Numbered from the stretch's first letter, positions 38,293 to 54,920 are shown. The stretch: 64,000 nucleotides of DNA from Chlorokybus atmophyticus (GCA_009103225.1 RHPI01000671.1:189531-253530), one strand, 5' to 3'. The notes: a model not told the origin generated them from the sequence alone. Made by a program: numbers and translations.

Positions 38293-39609
38293 ATGCACCT
38301 ACAACAAGCAGCAGCTTCGATGCCTATGCGGCTTACCAGCAGAGCAGGAGCTGCTGCAGCAACGACCGCCGAAAGCAGCGACGGCGATGTCGTCACCGCC
38401 AACCGCAGGCGACGCTGCGTAACTGAATGCGGAACACGCGTCATCAGAAGGTAATCGACTTGCGGTAAGTCACCCATGCATCAATTACGCCGGCTTGTCG
38501 TCGTTGACGTTGGTGGCTTTGTCCATGGCGGCGGCGGCAGGGCAGTGCAGCTCGTTAAGCAAGTGTGCTGCTTCCCCTCCTCCGTGCTGCTCCGCTCTGC
38601 TGTCAAGACCCTGCCCTGGTCGCAGCCGGCCGGAGCTGAGGAGGGGGATAGCTTCGCCCCTCCACCATACCGCTGGCGCCGCCCTCCAGGCCAGGACGAG
38701 GAGCAGAGTTACAGGTAGAGCTGCCCAAACATGCTGGCGATCCACTACAAAGTGAGTATTGCAGCTTAACATGCGGAAGTCAGCGTGTGGAGCTGTGCTT
38801 GTTCACGTACACAAGCATGCATGCATTGTGTGCCAAGCAGGTGCATAGCTGATCCGTGGGGGGCGAGCGTGGACGCGTCGAACTTGGCGAGCCAGTTGTT
38901 TGCGTTCTCTCTGTTCCCGTATCTGGGCTTCCTGTACCACCTCACACGCTCCAAGTCCACCCCCACCCTCGCCCTCATTGGCTTCTACTTCCTCCTTGTT
39001 TTCGTCACCGCCACAAGTACTTACTCTGCTACTACACTGGTTGAAGCTGTATGCATGCTTGCGCTGTCGGCGAGTTCATGGCTGAAATCTGCATGCTTTG
39101 TTCCCACTGCAGTTCGTTCGGTACTAACTCCTGTCTCTGTGTGCTCCTTTGTTCTCGCCAACCACGCGCGGTGCAACAGTTCCTGCTGGTATATATGGTG
39201 AGTTGACCAGGTCGACAGAATAGATGCATACATGGGCGTGTTTTGTGGTAACGCTAGGCATACATGAACAGATGTTATGGTGCATGCAAGCTCAAATGTT
39301 TGCAATTGAACAAATTCACAGTAACACGCCATTCATCGCATGATACTGCATCGTATGGCACCATATGTTGCTTCTCGCGCACATGCTGCTTCACGCGCAC
39401 AACACCGCTAACAATGGTTTCCCTGTTTGGCAGCTAAGACACATTACCACACCGCTCTTGCCAACGTGGATTGGCTGCATGGCAGCGCGGAGTCCATGTT
39501 GACGGTCACCAATCTGCTGGTGGTTCTCGGCATGCGCAAGGGCCTGCGCGAAGCCACCCGCGCGAGCATTGAGGCGCCTTCGCAAGACATTACGGACAAG
39601 GTGGAATGA
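38293..39609 (+). CDS. DUF3593 family membrane protein (plastid/cyanobacterial type)
   Basis: LASQLFAFSLFPYLGFLYHLTRS, ALIGFYFLLVFVTATI|PAGI and LANVDWLHGSAESMLTVTNLLVVLGMR. Exon phases are consistent from ATG 38293; TGA at 39607-39609. Confidence 0.87.
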
Positions 39610-41968
39610 TTGCTTGAATGCTTCGCCTTGTGGTAGATGAGAGTAGCTGTGTTGGTTGTTCCGCAGGTCTTATGTAAGTTATGCGTCACGCATGTTGTTA
39701 CTTAAATCATGCGGATATTTATGTATACGAAGTGGTGTTGTCCCCATTACTGTCGCACACAACCGACATTGTCATGCTGTATGATCGGCAGGTTGATATC
39801 GCCTAGTTCATGCATTACCAACGACACAGCCATCATATCAGCCACTTTAATACTTACCGCAACGGCATCGTACCTGTTCCGCTATAGTCGAAGGCGCCAT
39901 GGTTCCGCTTCTTAAGGAAGCAACTGTGCAGTGGCATGACAGCAAAATCATGTGTCCATGGTGCTTAATGTATGTACAATGTTGAGATATGGTTTGTAGG
40001 CAAAAACGATTGCAATGGATGCGTGAGACATGTTCCACCAACCATGCTTGAAATGATTTGTTGCTAAACCTGCTAATCAGCTTCTTGCTAACTAATACCA
40101 TGCTTTCAGTATAACCATGGTACATGAATTGCTTCACAGCATGGGTTCTTTGTAATAGATATGCTCGAGGCAGTTTTGTACATGCATTATGCAGAAGCGC
40201 ATAAGCGCACACACAAACAGCATGCAGGCATGATCATATGCCACCATCGGGCTAATATCTATTGCTTGTTGCTACCTAACATGCTACACTACCCTAGACC
40301 TCCCCGTTAGACATGCATACATGCATTTTAGTGTCCATTACCTGCACAACAGGCAGCATGGCAGCGTCAACCACGGTCTTCAGTGCTGTAGCAGAGCAGC
40401 AGCTGCAAAGGAGCATGCAGCATGCCCATATGTCTCTCCACCTCCCTCCGTCCTCCTCCTCCTCTTCCCTCCTCCTGCTCCTCCACCACCTCCACCTCTC
40501 CCACCTCTCCCACCTCCCTCTCTTCTTCTTCCTCTTTAGTTGCTGCCGCGACTGTAACCCTTGCCATTGCTGGCGTGGTCGGGCCCCTCTACCCTGCCCC
40601 TTTGCCCTGTGTTAATTAAGCAGCTTAGTACCCATTATATCGCACGGCCATCATGGTAATCCTCGGTCAACGTAACCATGCTGTAATGGCTTACCTACAT
40701 GCACAAATCCAAAGATTCGCCGTGGATGACACCATTATTAAGTACAGCTTCAACCAAGTAAAGTTATGGCAGTCACCCGATTGGGCCGAATGCGTCATTT
40801 CTTTTTATATCATATGGCATGCGGTTTTGCAAATCTACAAAATAAACATCCGATGATTTCTTGACACTACTTGTAAACACAAATAAATAATTATTATCAA
40901 AAAGCAATTGCCGTTCCAAGTACACTGCATTTCATAGGCTTTTAAGCATCATGTGGGTACATTGTGTGCCGGCAGTGTGGGTAATGTGTATAACATGTAT
41001 CATGTTAGATTTTGCGTAATGATCAATGTGCACTGCATATGTGATTGTAAATGTGACATCAAAGGATGTAATCAATGTTAATGTCGATTATAGTACTGAT
41101 TCGTGCATACAACATGTGTGGCATGCATTTGTTGCAATAATGTCGTCATGATTGTTCATGACCCAAAGTACAAATCATGCACAGCAAGTGTTGTCTATTC
41201 TTTGATATGCATATGGTACAAACTTGGCTCAATCACTCACATACATTACGCTGCGTCAAACTGCATCAATTTAGCAGCGATTATATAGAGTAATTTTACG
41301 CATAGTGTATGAAAATACCATGTGTATATACGGTTTCATGAACTTCATTATATGTTGATTAAGCTATGCCATGCTTGCAAATCATGCAGCTTCATGCAGC
41401 TTCAAAGTGCGTTCGAGTAATGCGTTTTTCCATTTTTATTTCTTCAAACATTGATCGTGCTACACCTATCAACCCTCATATTTACAAGCTTAATCACTAT
41501 ATGCAAGTTGAAAGCAGGCCACTGGCTTTCAGGTAGGCTACTAGATAGCCTATCTTGTAGCCTGTCTGAAAACTATGGCATTGTATACATGTTGGCCATG
41601 GCTGTAGATTGTGAGTTGAAAAGAGTTGCCAAAAGAATAACTGAGAGATTTTCGCAGCGGAAATCTCTATCGCATGCGCGTGCATATTGGGGTCGACTCG
41701 CGAGGGAGACACTGAAGATCGCCAACAGTTTCGCTTCCAGCAGAAAGCGCAGCCTTTGCCGCTCTGAGTCCGTTGGCAAGGCACGCATTGGCGGCGCCTA
41801 CGGAGGTGGTGGCGGCGGCGGCGGCGGCCGGAGCATTGGCGAGGTGGTGTGACCCTTGGAGGACGCCGCCATCACTGGTGGGTGGTCGTCCGGGAGGTAG
41901 CCATAGCCATGCACGCCTAGCAGCGAGAATAGCAGTTCGCCGGCCGGCCAGCCAGCCCGGGCGGCAGC

Positions 41969-43506
41969 ATGGCGCCGACGACGGCGCCGTTATTGCCGAC
42001 GGCGGCAGTGGCCGTGGCTGCGTGCTTCCCAACCTCGCTGGCAGTGCGCCTGACCGTCGCCGCCTCCGCCTCGCACAAGAGCAGCAACCGGAAGCTGCGG
42101 GCACCGCTGCTGCGCCGCACATTGCTGTTGGCCAGCCGACAGGTGCGGCTGTCGGCGACGTCGCCACCGGCGCGCACACCACTTGCACGGCGGCAGCAGG
42201 CGAGTTCCTGTTGTCGTTGTTGTTGTGCGCCGCCGTCGTGCAATCCAGCATCCCAGCTGCTGCGCGTTCTTTGCCGCGAAATGCACGTGCTGTAATCATG
42301 TGGCAGGCTGCACGCATTCAGTTGCTGTCCAGTTAACCTTCCGGCGCCCGTAAATGCATGCGTGTGCATTGTGCTATCTGCACTCGATTTAGGTTTAGGG
42401 TTATGAGTGTGGTGTTCTGTGCTGCTAGGTGTGTGCAATTAACCGAGTGTTGTGTTGCTGGTTGTGCAGTTGCGTGTCTCTTGCTCCAAGCAAGAGCATG
42501 GCCCAGCAGACAGCACTGAGGGAGCTCCGGAAGCCTGCGCTGCAAGTATGCGAGTCGGTGAAAGTGAAGACTATGCTGCCCTACCATCCAGCTCTGAGGT
42601 GTTGAGAGGTGGCAGCTCTTCCGCCGTGATTGAATTCAACCCACCCTCCGATCTTGAGTACCTGCAAGAACTAGTCGCCATCCAGCAAACGGGACCAAAG
42701 GCCATTGGCTTCTTTGGCACCCGCAACATGGGTTATCTTTACCAACAACTCATTGAAATCTTGAGCTATGCTATGGTTCTCACGGTATGTCAGCAAATGT
42801 GTCATTGTTCGCGCATTCAGTGACACAATTGCTCTTGTTTCTTGTGGACTGGACATGCTTGATACAATTGGAGATTGAGATTCTGCTGCTGTTGCGCACA
42901 GAAAAACCACATCTACACTTCTGGGGCCACTGGCACCAATGCTGCGGTCATCAGGGGTGCTCTGCGAGCGGAGAAACCCGACTTGCTCACAGTTGTGCTG
43001 CCCCAGTCGCTCAGCAAACAACCATCAGAATCCCAGGAGCTGCTCAAGCAGGTGAGCTGGCATGCACTCACTACACACAGTGCAATGGCCCTCCAATACT
43101 TGGTTGGAGTGTGCGTGTACTTGAAATGCGCGACACAAGCGTGTGTGGAAGGCGTTGTAGCTCTGTTATTAGTTGGAAGGTGCCGTTGGTGGGTTGCTCC
43201 ACAGCTCACCAACATGCTTTGCTCCACTGCAGGTGAAAAATGTCATTGAGATGCCCGAGAACGACGGCATGACGCTGATGGAATCCAGCAGGTGTGTTGG
43301 GTCACAGTTGAGTAGCTGCATTAGCCCAACTTTTGCTGAGTTTGCCAGTGCCTCATACATACTTGCGCAGGATTTGCAATGATGAGATTGTCTCAAGGGT
43401 ACAACAAGTCATCTGCTTTGCTTTCCACGACAGCCACCTGTTGATGGAGACCTGCAGCAAAGCCACAGCCATGCGTAAGATTGTCACACTATTTTATTTG
43501 GACTGA
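41969..43506 (+). CDS. Conserved plastid DprA/LOG-like Rossmann protein ('DNA recombination-mediator protein A'-like)
   Basis: YLQELVAIQQTGPKAIGFFGTRNMG, KNHIYTSGATGTNAAVIRGALRAEKPDLLTVVLPQSL, QVICFAFHDSHLLMETC and KIVTLFYLD*. Transit-peptide-like first exon. Confidence 0.88.
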
Positions 43507-44908
43507 CTGCCACGTTGCCTCACCAGCCGGACAGTCGCACTCGACCAGCAGATTGCACTAGCGCAGCTCTAGTTGTTTTGTTTTGCTGCTGAGATACATG
43601 CCGCGATTGCTGAACTCCAGTATCAGCATTGTCGCTCAGCTACTGCAGTAGTATGTTGCCAGATGATTGCACACATTACAGCAGGATCAGCATCAGGAGT
43701 GCTCTCGAAATGCATGATTGGTTTCACAGTTGCTTGGGTTGCGGTCATCAAGATGTTGTGGGAGAACCAAGCCAGCACGAGTTATGTAGTACACACCAAA
43801 GCAGGTAAACAACACGCATCTTCGTGCGGAATTGCCATTCTTTTATATACACACCTAGTGCATTTACTCAAGATTGTGCGTGAGTGCTGCATGAGATATT
43901 CACCTGGATGGTTGTCTATATGCATTTGATAACTGCGTGAAGGCCATGCTCTACAAGCTTTGATGTTCTATACCTGAACTGGTTGGTCACCTGAGGATAA
44001 GAAATACAGCACTAGTCCATTCGGTCGTAACCAACATGTACATCGACAATTGCTTGTGAAAGACCAACATGTGCCGCGTGCATGCAACACAACCCGACGC
44101 GTTATGCAGTGCCTGTTCATCTGCAACTGTGGCGCTCCCTACCTGGTCAATTTAGGGTACTGGCCATGTAGTTGTGGTGTTGCTAGTTGGATTATCCCCG
44201 CGTCAGGCCTCCCGCTTGATGGCACCTTGTACGTATGCATGTGGTGCCTTCTGTTGGGCTGTATGGCGTCAATGACTACGTACTCACTCACGCACGCAGT
44301 GGAGTGCCGGTCTGCACAACTGCAAGCATGCAGCAGTTGCAAAACAACTACAGCTGGAGTTAGGTGCCGACGTTGGCGCATCCAGCTACTCTATTGACCG
44401 CCCAGGCATGAGAGTCAGCGTCACATGCGTTGAAGCAGAAAGGGCGCCGCATTGCCGCCTCGTCCCCTCGTCCTCTTACAGGACGGCGACTGTGTGCGCC
44501 GCAGCAGCAGGCAATGCCCACACGTCGCTTGAACTAGGCTCAGGCTTTCAATGGATTGCTTGCTGGTTGCTGCTCCAGCAGCAAGCAATGCTGGCCTGCT
44601 TGCCTGCCAGCGTGTCACACCGCAGCGTACTTGTTCCGACTGACGTTTGGCGCACGTCAATCAGCTGCATTGCAGCCTAGAAGCGATTTGGTCGTTCTAC
44701 TTGTCAGGCTGCGCGCATTGCAGGCGGCTGATGGGAAAGCTGGCGAGTCGCAGCTGCTGCAATGAAGGCTTTTCAGCAATTGGACCCAAATATAGGGATA
44801 CTGGTTGCGGCCTCAGCAAGCGGCGCTTCAGGCTTGTCCTTCTGGCTGCTTCCTGACCTGACAGGCCATCTCAGCATGGACGCGTCGGCTGCTGCCTGCG
44901 GCTTCTTC

Positions 44909-44926
44909 TTCCAGACGCTTCCAGTC
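44909..44926. promoter_or_regulatory. Imperfect heat-shock element upstream of HSP70
   Basis: TTCcaGACgcTTCcaGTC resembles TTCnnGAAnnTTCnnGAA with mismatches; ~175 bp before the ATG. Confidence 0.3.
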
Positions 44927-45100
44927 TCGTGCATACGACTGGCTGAGCCTATGAGCACTCTGAGTATGAGGCTGCAGTGTTGCATGCCATTGTAGTGTGT
45001 TGCTGTGAAGCCAGCCTAAGTTGCTTGCTTGCAGTGAGTAGCCAGCTGTTTGTCTGGGAGCGAAGAATAAAGCGACACAGAGAGGTAATCACCCAAAAGC

Positions 45101-48771
<3,671 letters not shown>

Positions 48772-50704
48772 AATGTATCACCGCTGCACTTCATGGTTGT
48801 AAGGCTGCAGGAGTTATTTTCCCTCAGGACTTTGTGACAGTGGCATGCGCTGTTGTTTGGTCGCTGTGATGTACAGGTAGATAGTGCAGGGTTGGCGTAG
48901 TATTTGTGGTCAACAAGTGTGTGGTGCTGTGAGGTGGTAGTAGGCCCTTGTACAGTCGCAATAAAAGCTAGTCAATGTTCAAAGGAACGAATCAGAACAG
49001 CTGGAGCTGTTGCGCATGTGTAACACACTACCTGGTGCGTGCGCTGCAAGAATAGTGTTGGTGGCAGTCACATGCGATGACTGACTCCCACAATTGCTTG
49101 CATTGCAACATCCTTCGCTGACATATTGTGAACATGCTCTATATCGTGAGTGTATGTGGAACTTGCAGCAAAGATGATAGTAAAAACATAAATTGCGGAG
49201 TACAAGTGCCCACGCATAGAATATGCAATTAGTACAGGACGGGACCGCACACGACGCAGGCACAACCTCGACAGTGAAGGCAGAACAACAGCATATACCT
49301 TTTGTACACTGCAGCATAGCATCACACGCCAACAATCATGATCATCATTTCTTTCATGTTGGTATACAACTAGCCGGACTTTTAATGATCATGAATGTCG
49401 ATTCCATCTTGGCGAAATTATGCTGCCTCCACCATGGTCACTTATGAGTTGAACATCAATAGTTCTGTCGTGATGGAAATGATAACATCATGTACGATAA
49501 TGATCAATTAGCATATAGATTTGCTACTTGTAACTACCCGTAACAACCAAACAATTGTAGTTCTTGATAGTGTTTGGAAAGCAAACGCTTCTTGCACCAA
49601 AGTGACATAGTCAGCTACACATCGGCATTCAATGATATTGATATGTATGCATGATTGATTCATAGCTATCATGTATCAGACTGTGAAGAGTGCGCTTAAT
49701 GATAACTACTTCGGCTTCAAGTTGTTTACACCCTTTATCTATTGTTACGTGCAACAATTTGACACCGTGCAATAAGTACAATAAGTATCAAAACAATTAC
49801 ACTTTGATGTAAGCTTGCTATTTACGATACCTGTGTTTTGTTGAAGCATCCATTAACCTATACTTTGATTATAAGGCACAAGCATCTTAGTACAACTCGA
49901 CCGAGCCCAACTGATGCCGTGTACTAGATGCACGATGTCGACTTTTGCAAATGTCACTTTCCTCGACTTATTGATGCTTTAAAACTGATAATTCATGAAA
50001 TGTTATTATGTTGACGAATAAATCTTTCATTCTTGCAATTATCAATAATGTATTTAATTACAAAAGTGAGAAACCTAGGCCGTTTTTGTTTGTGCAATTG
50101 AATTCATCGAAACATTCGATATGAGCATTCATGTTCATAATAGTGCAAACATTGCGCCATCAATTCCACATAATTGGAGCGTATTGCTAATAATCAATAA
50201 CCAATAATAAATTTATGATCATTATCAGACCATAATTTATCATATGCCATTGTGGTGGATAGAGTACAAAACACATATCATGCATGATGTCAACAGATTA
50301 TAATCAAACTTTTTCTTTCTTTTTAACAATGTTGCATGACTTTTGTACGATCTTTAAGGGCAATAATGTAATTGTAAGATGAACTCCATGGCACGCAAAC
50401 ATGTGAGAAATGTTAACATCATAATTGCCCCTATGTCAGCGCATACACATGGGCTATGCATGCAGGGTTGATAACTTTAGCTCATAGACAATTTGTGGTA
50501 GTACTTGACATGATGATGGATGTGGTTAATTTGTGCTTTGCATGTAAATGTGCATGTCAACCCACCATGTGCGCATGCAAACACGCCTTGAGCATGTGTG
50601 ATGCAGCATCAAGTACATATTGCATCAATACTAAACAAAACCCTTTGTATAAGCAATATAATGTGGTAATGCACGTGTGGCTTGGGCCAATGAGGTCCAC
50701 CCGC

Positions 50705-50735
50705 CTGGCTTCAAGCCAGTGTCAAGTTGACACTG
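50705..50735. other. Two overlapping near-perfect palindromes
   Basis: CTGGCTT-C-AAGCCAG (50705-50719) and CAGTGTCAA-G-TTGACACTG (50717-50735). Confidence 0.8.
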
Positions 50736-51170
50736 TCAAGTTTACATGGTCTGACAATTTGCATGCAAAATGTACAACGCAGTGTACGTGCTTCCTGCGG
50801 GCTAATGCAGACGCGGCACAGTGCGCCACAGGCCAAATTTGCCAGTCACTCATCACCCTTCCATAGCAAAGTTGACAACGTCAAGGCGGGGTGACAGCGT
50901 CATTGTCGGCATTGTTGCCGCCGCTGGCGTGGTTGCCGAGAAGGAAGCTTCCTCCTGGCCCTGATTGGTTGGGCTGGTTGAGGCTGTGCGAAGCCAGCCG
51001 AGGAGCAAGCAGCGGTGAGAGGAGTTTGCGGGCTGCAGAATAGTCCAATCAATCAAGGAAGGCTTGATGCACGGGGAGGTGCCTTACTGGTTGTCACCTT
51101 AGCTTGGTAAAGGTGTAGGGTTGAATTTGTGGCGATGAGCGGTGGACAGCCAGCTGGTTAGCCCAACAGG

Positions 51171-52244
51171 ATGCAAGTAGAGAAGGAGGGCGAGGGCGAG
51201 GCCAACCTGGGTAGCGACGCGGACGCGGGGGCAGAGACCGTGGCGGTCACGTCCGTCGGCGTAGGCGCGGGCGGGGGAAACACGGCTTCGCGATGCCTTT
51301 TCCTGGGGGCCGGCATGGGATCCCGGAGCAACGCGAAGGGGTACCGCCTCGAGGTAGAAACGTCCACTGGCGACGCCGGGAGGGACCCGCTGGTGTTCGG
51401 CAACATGGACACGGCGAGCGTGCCCTTCCTGTCGATCAACGGCGCGCTTCGCGTGTATCAGCGCAGTGCCGCCGCCGGCGAGGGCACGGGCTACGGCCGC
51501 GACGGGCTAGTAATGCTGAGGCACGAGGACCCATCATCGGTATGGCAGCTGTACCAGGACGACGCCAACAATCTCATCATGCGCCACAACAGCCACCCGG
51601 TGTTTGTGTACGAGAACAATGGCACCGCGGCCGATGCTGCGTCCCTTGACTTCACCGGTCAGCACGTCAAACCGACCTCTGCGCTGAAAACCATGATGGC
51701 AACCGGCGCCGTTGTCCCAGGTATGGTGGTGCGCTCTACGGGCAAGATATCGACCGTCCTGCACGCCAGTGGTCTCGCCTCTCACGACAAGAGGGGGATC
51801 ACAGTGTCGCAGGCACTGCCCGAGGTGGACCTGTGTGTCGAGCGGTGCGACCGCGCATGTCTCGGTGTCATTGCGGGCATGGTAAGCTCGATGGTCGACG
51901 CCGACGGCAGCAAGTATCGGAGGTACAAGGTGGGAGGGGGCAGCTGCCTGTTTTGGATGCAGGAGGGCGACGATTAGCTCATTGTCAACTCGGTCGGTGA
52001 GGGTGCCATTTGGGTGCTCGACAGCGCGGGGCGTGTCCGAAATAACGACCTCGTTACGATTTTGTGCGTCGCAGGATACGCCGAACGACAAGACGACGAT
52101 CTGGTGCGCAGCTGCACCATGGCGAAGGTGACGATGGACTGCGAGTTTGATGAGGATTCTACGGAGTACATATGCGAGCGCATCGAGTGCGCCGACCGGG
52201 TTTACCACAGGGCGCTTCTTGCGTGCACGTACCGTGCTGGGTGA
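51171..52244 (+). pseudogene. Intronless giant-virus (NCLDV)-type FTGQH-domain gene with one in-frame TAG (51975-51977); probable endogenous viral element
   Basis: ORFs 51171-51977 and 52014-52244 are in the same frame. Joined: LDFTGQH...GMVVRSTG...QALPEVDL...DRACLGVI...GDD*LIVNSVGEGAIWV...NNDLVT...GYAERQDDDLVRSCTMAKVTMDCEF. This matches, from recall, a motif series of marine giant-virus proteins. Confidence 0.78.
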
Positions 52245-52745
52245 AACCCATTGGCACTGTGTTCCATGCTACATGGACCTGAGTAGAGTTCAAGTTTTAT
52301 AATCATTGTATACGCAACAACGTTGTCTACTACTTCTTGTAACTTCGTCGCGTATACATCCACAGGAAGCAGAACAAGGGGGGATAGAGCTGTTTGAGCA
52401 GGAGAGAAGGAATGGAGCCCCAGCCAGCAGACATAAAGCCTCCATTCCTTCCAATTGCGATATTGCGAGTGGAACCAACAACAAAACAACGTTGAACAGC
52501 ACCCGCACCAAGACTAAGTCAAGCATTAGGGTTAGGGTGCAGTGCACATTCTTCTTTAAGCTAAGAGTATAAACAAGCAGTATACACAAGCTTACTGCTA
52601 AACACATGGAGTAAGAGATCACACACTAAGACAGGTCCTATACTGACACACATTAAGAGGGAGGCGTGGGGCACTTTCCTACTGTTCTACTTACTATGCC
52701 CGCTGCCTGGCCTCCAGTGCCGTACGTGGAGACGCAACCATCCTC

Positions 52746-54619
52746 TCAGATCACCAAGTTATTGCCTTTGGATCCAAAAAATTGTCCGGATGTGCTGCGG
52801 ATTACCAAAGCTGTGAGCTGTGTGCCGTCGTAGATGGAAGCCAACCTCTGTTGGGTGCTGGATGCTATCTTCCAAGCATCAAGCCATATCTGCAGAAAAA
52901 CAGGCTCGGTTGTACTCAAGTTGGCTACGCCAGTCGTGTAGGCTATGCGGACGTCTTCCCCTCGCATCTGAGCCAACCAGTCCCGGATAATGAGAACACA
53001 TTTCTTGGGATCATCGCTTCTAAATGCACTTATGGTATATCTAATAGTGCCAGGATTGTCGTAAGCAAACAGGTTCACACTTTGAACGGTAATTTCTCCG
53101 TTCTTGTAGAAGCTGTTGACGAGGGATTGCAGGTCTGCCACGTTCTTGTTGGCCGAGTTGGCAAGCGCCTGACAGTTTGCAATGTGCTGGTTGGCTGAAT
53201 TGACTCGGGCCTGCAGGTTCACAATCTGTGCCCGGAGTCTTGCGATTTGTGTCGGCGGGATCGCGTTGTACAGAATGGCATTGCAGTAACCGCCTGCATT
53301 CCAAGTGACGTGTATGAGAGAGAACGCGAGCAAGAAAACGAAAGAGATAGATTTCCCACCGTACCAGGACTGGTGTAGACAAAGACGTCTATGGCCCTGG
53401 TTAGCTGTGTTGCATTGATGACGCAGTACACATTGTAAGCAACGGAGGGTGCGAGTGGAAACACCAGCGACGTTTTGGCGGTTGCGGTAACTTTGGGCCC
53501 AAAGAGAGTGCAGACAGCCGCCCTGGTAGGCGTGACCGAGTAGCCGTTCAGGGAGGCTGTCGCTCCCGATACTGAGCTTGAAAACAAAATGTTGAGAGTG
53601 ACGGAGTCGCCATTTACGCCATTCACAATCCGAATAGTGGTACCGGTGGCAAAATTCTTCACACAGGACTGCCAGGAGCTGATGACGTTGGGGTCGATCC
53701 AGTTGTTAATGTACTGGTGACACTGGTGTCACCTGAGGAGGAGGACGATGAAGCACCACAGCTGGTGCGCTTGTACTCGTATGCATTGTTTTGAAAGAGA
53801 CTAAAGTGGTCAGCTGTCATGTGGTTGTCTCCCCAGTCAGCTAATCCGCTGGCATCCCACATGCCTATTTGGCTCGCTGACGCGTCGATGTGGCGCGCGT
53901 AGCTGTCGGTGCTTTGGGCGCTAGAGTCTGCTACATATTTGGCATAAGTGTAGCTGCTATCGTAGGTACAAAGAGTGGTCTAAAATTGGGAATAGCTCTG
54001 ACTCGAAGTGCTCTGACTCACTGAATTGTAGACGCCCTGCTCACCCAATTCCACAAGTCTGTATAAGTTTCAACTTGGCAAGGCCTTGCATGCGCACATG
54101 AACATGCACAAGGAGGGGGGGGGGGGGGGGGGNNNNNNNNNNNNNGGGGGGGGGTCCAAGGGAGACCACAGCAAGGACCAAGAGTTCGGCAAATAAATAG
54201 CAATACTAGTCCTTATGGGCATCAGCGTACCTGTTGCAGCACTGCCGCGCATGCAGAGATGGGGCTGCTCTGTCCAAGAGCAGCTGTGGCGAGGGCCAGG
54301 AGAACAGCAGCGGACATCAGCATGAAACCAGCATAAACGCCAGAACTGCAGCACCAAAAGCACATGGTGAGTCAGTACTACACCAGAGATGTCAGACCGA
54401 CTGTTCTTAAAGGTAGACAGATCTCGTCATAAGATGCTTGTCATGAGGTGGGGCGAAGAACATCAAACATCCATGCCCAGCCAGATGCAGTCACATGCGT
54501 GCATGCCAAGCCCACCACTAAAGACCATACTAGCGCAAGCACACGCTCAAGTGCGCACACACGTGCTTAGTGAGACAGAGAGGTAGGAGAGCGGCTTACT
54601 TGCAGCATCGCTTCGCCAT
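52746..54619 (-). pseudogene. Spliced gene for a secreted ~450-aa protein, disrupted by TAG (53982-53980) and a 1-nt frameshift (~53713); exons 54619-54600, 54345-54231, 54036-53365, 53293-52746
   Basis: acaATGG start with a GTAAGC donor; phase-compatible GT-AG introns. Reconstructed MAKRCCNSGVYAGFMLMSAAVLLALATAALG (signal peptide) QSSPISACAAVLQQGVYNS...YKRTSC...IDPNVISSWQSCVKN, then a beta-rich region, a coiled coil and a C-terminal domain. Confidence 0.72.
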
Positions 54620-54740
54620 TGTCTGACTCTGGGTTCAATGATAAAACTGCAACGCAAACGATAGGAGACAGTGGGAGACAACAACTGCACACCCCAGGGT
54701 GATGACTGCCGCAACGCCAGCTGCTTGCAGATAGATATAC

Positions 54741-54920
54741 AGGGTTTAACCCTAATAGGGTAGTGTAGGAGTCCAAGTTGCAGTTCGCGGAGCAGTCCAC
54801 GGCCCCGCGGCCAGAACCGCGGCGCCGCGGATTGGACTCTCCGCGGCCCAATGGAAGATTCTCCTGCCCAGTCGCGGCAAGTCTCCCACCCGCGGGGCCC
54901 CGCTACGACCCGCCAATGGC
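54741..54920 (-). promoter_or_regulatory. Candidate promoter of the secreted-protein gene (telo-box-like, site-II-like GGCCCA, CCAAT, CCGCGG cluster)
   Basis: AGGGTTTAACCCTAATAGGG at 54741-54760, GGCCCAAT at 54845-54852, further ATTGG/CCAAT, in a CpG-rich patch 120-300 bp upstream of ATG 54619. Confidence 0.35.

Noticed and set aside
52746-53662. Initially read as intronless viral structural ORFs with a frameshift at ~53340
   Set aside because: A 71-nt GT-AG intron with a polypyrimidine tract (53364-53294) joins them in phase, and upstream exons supply a signal peptide.
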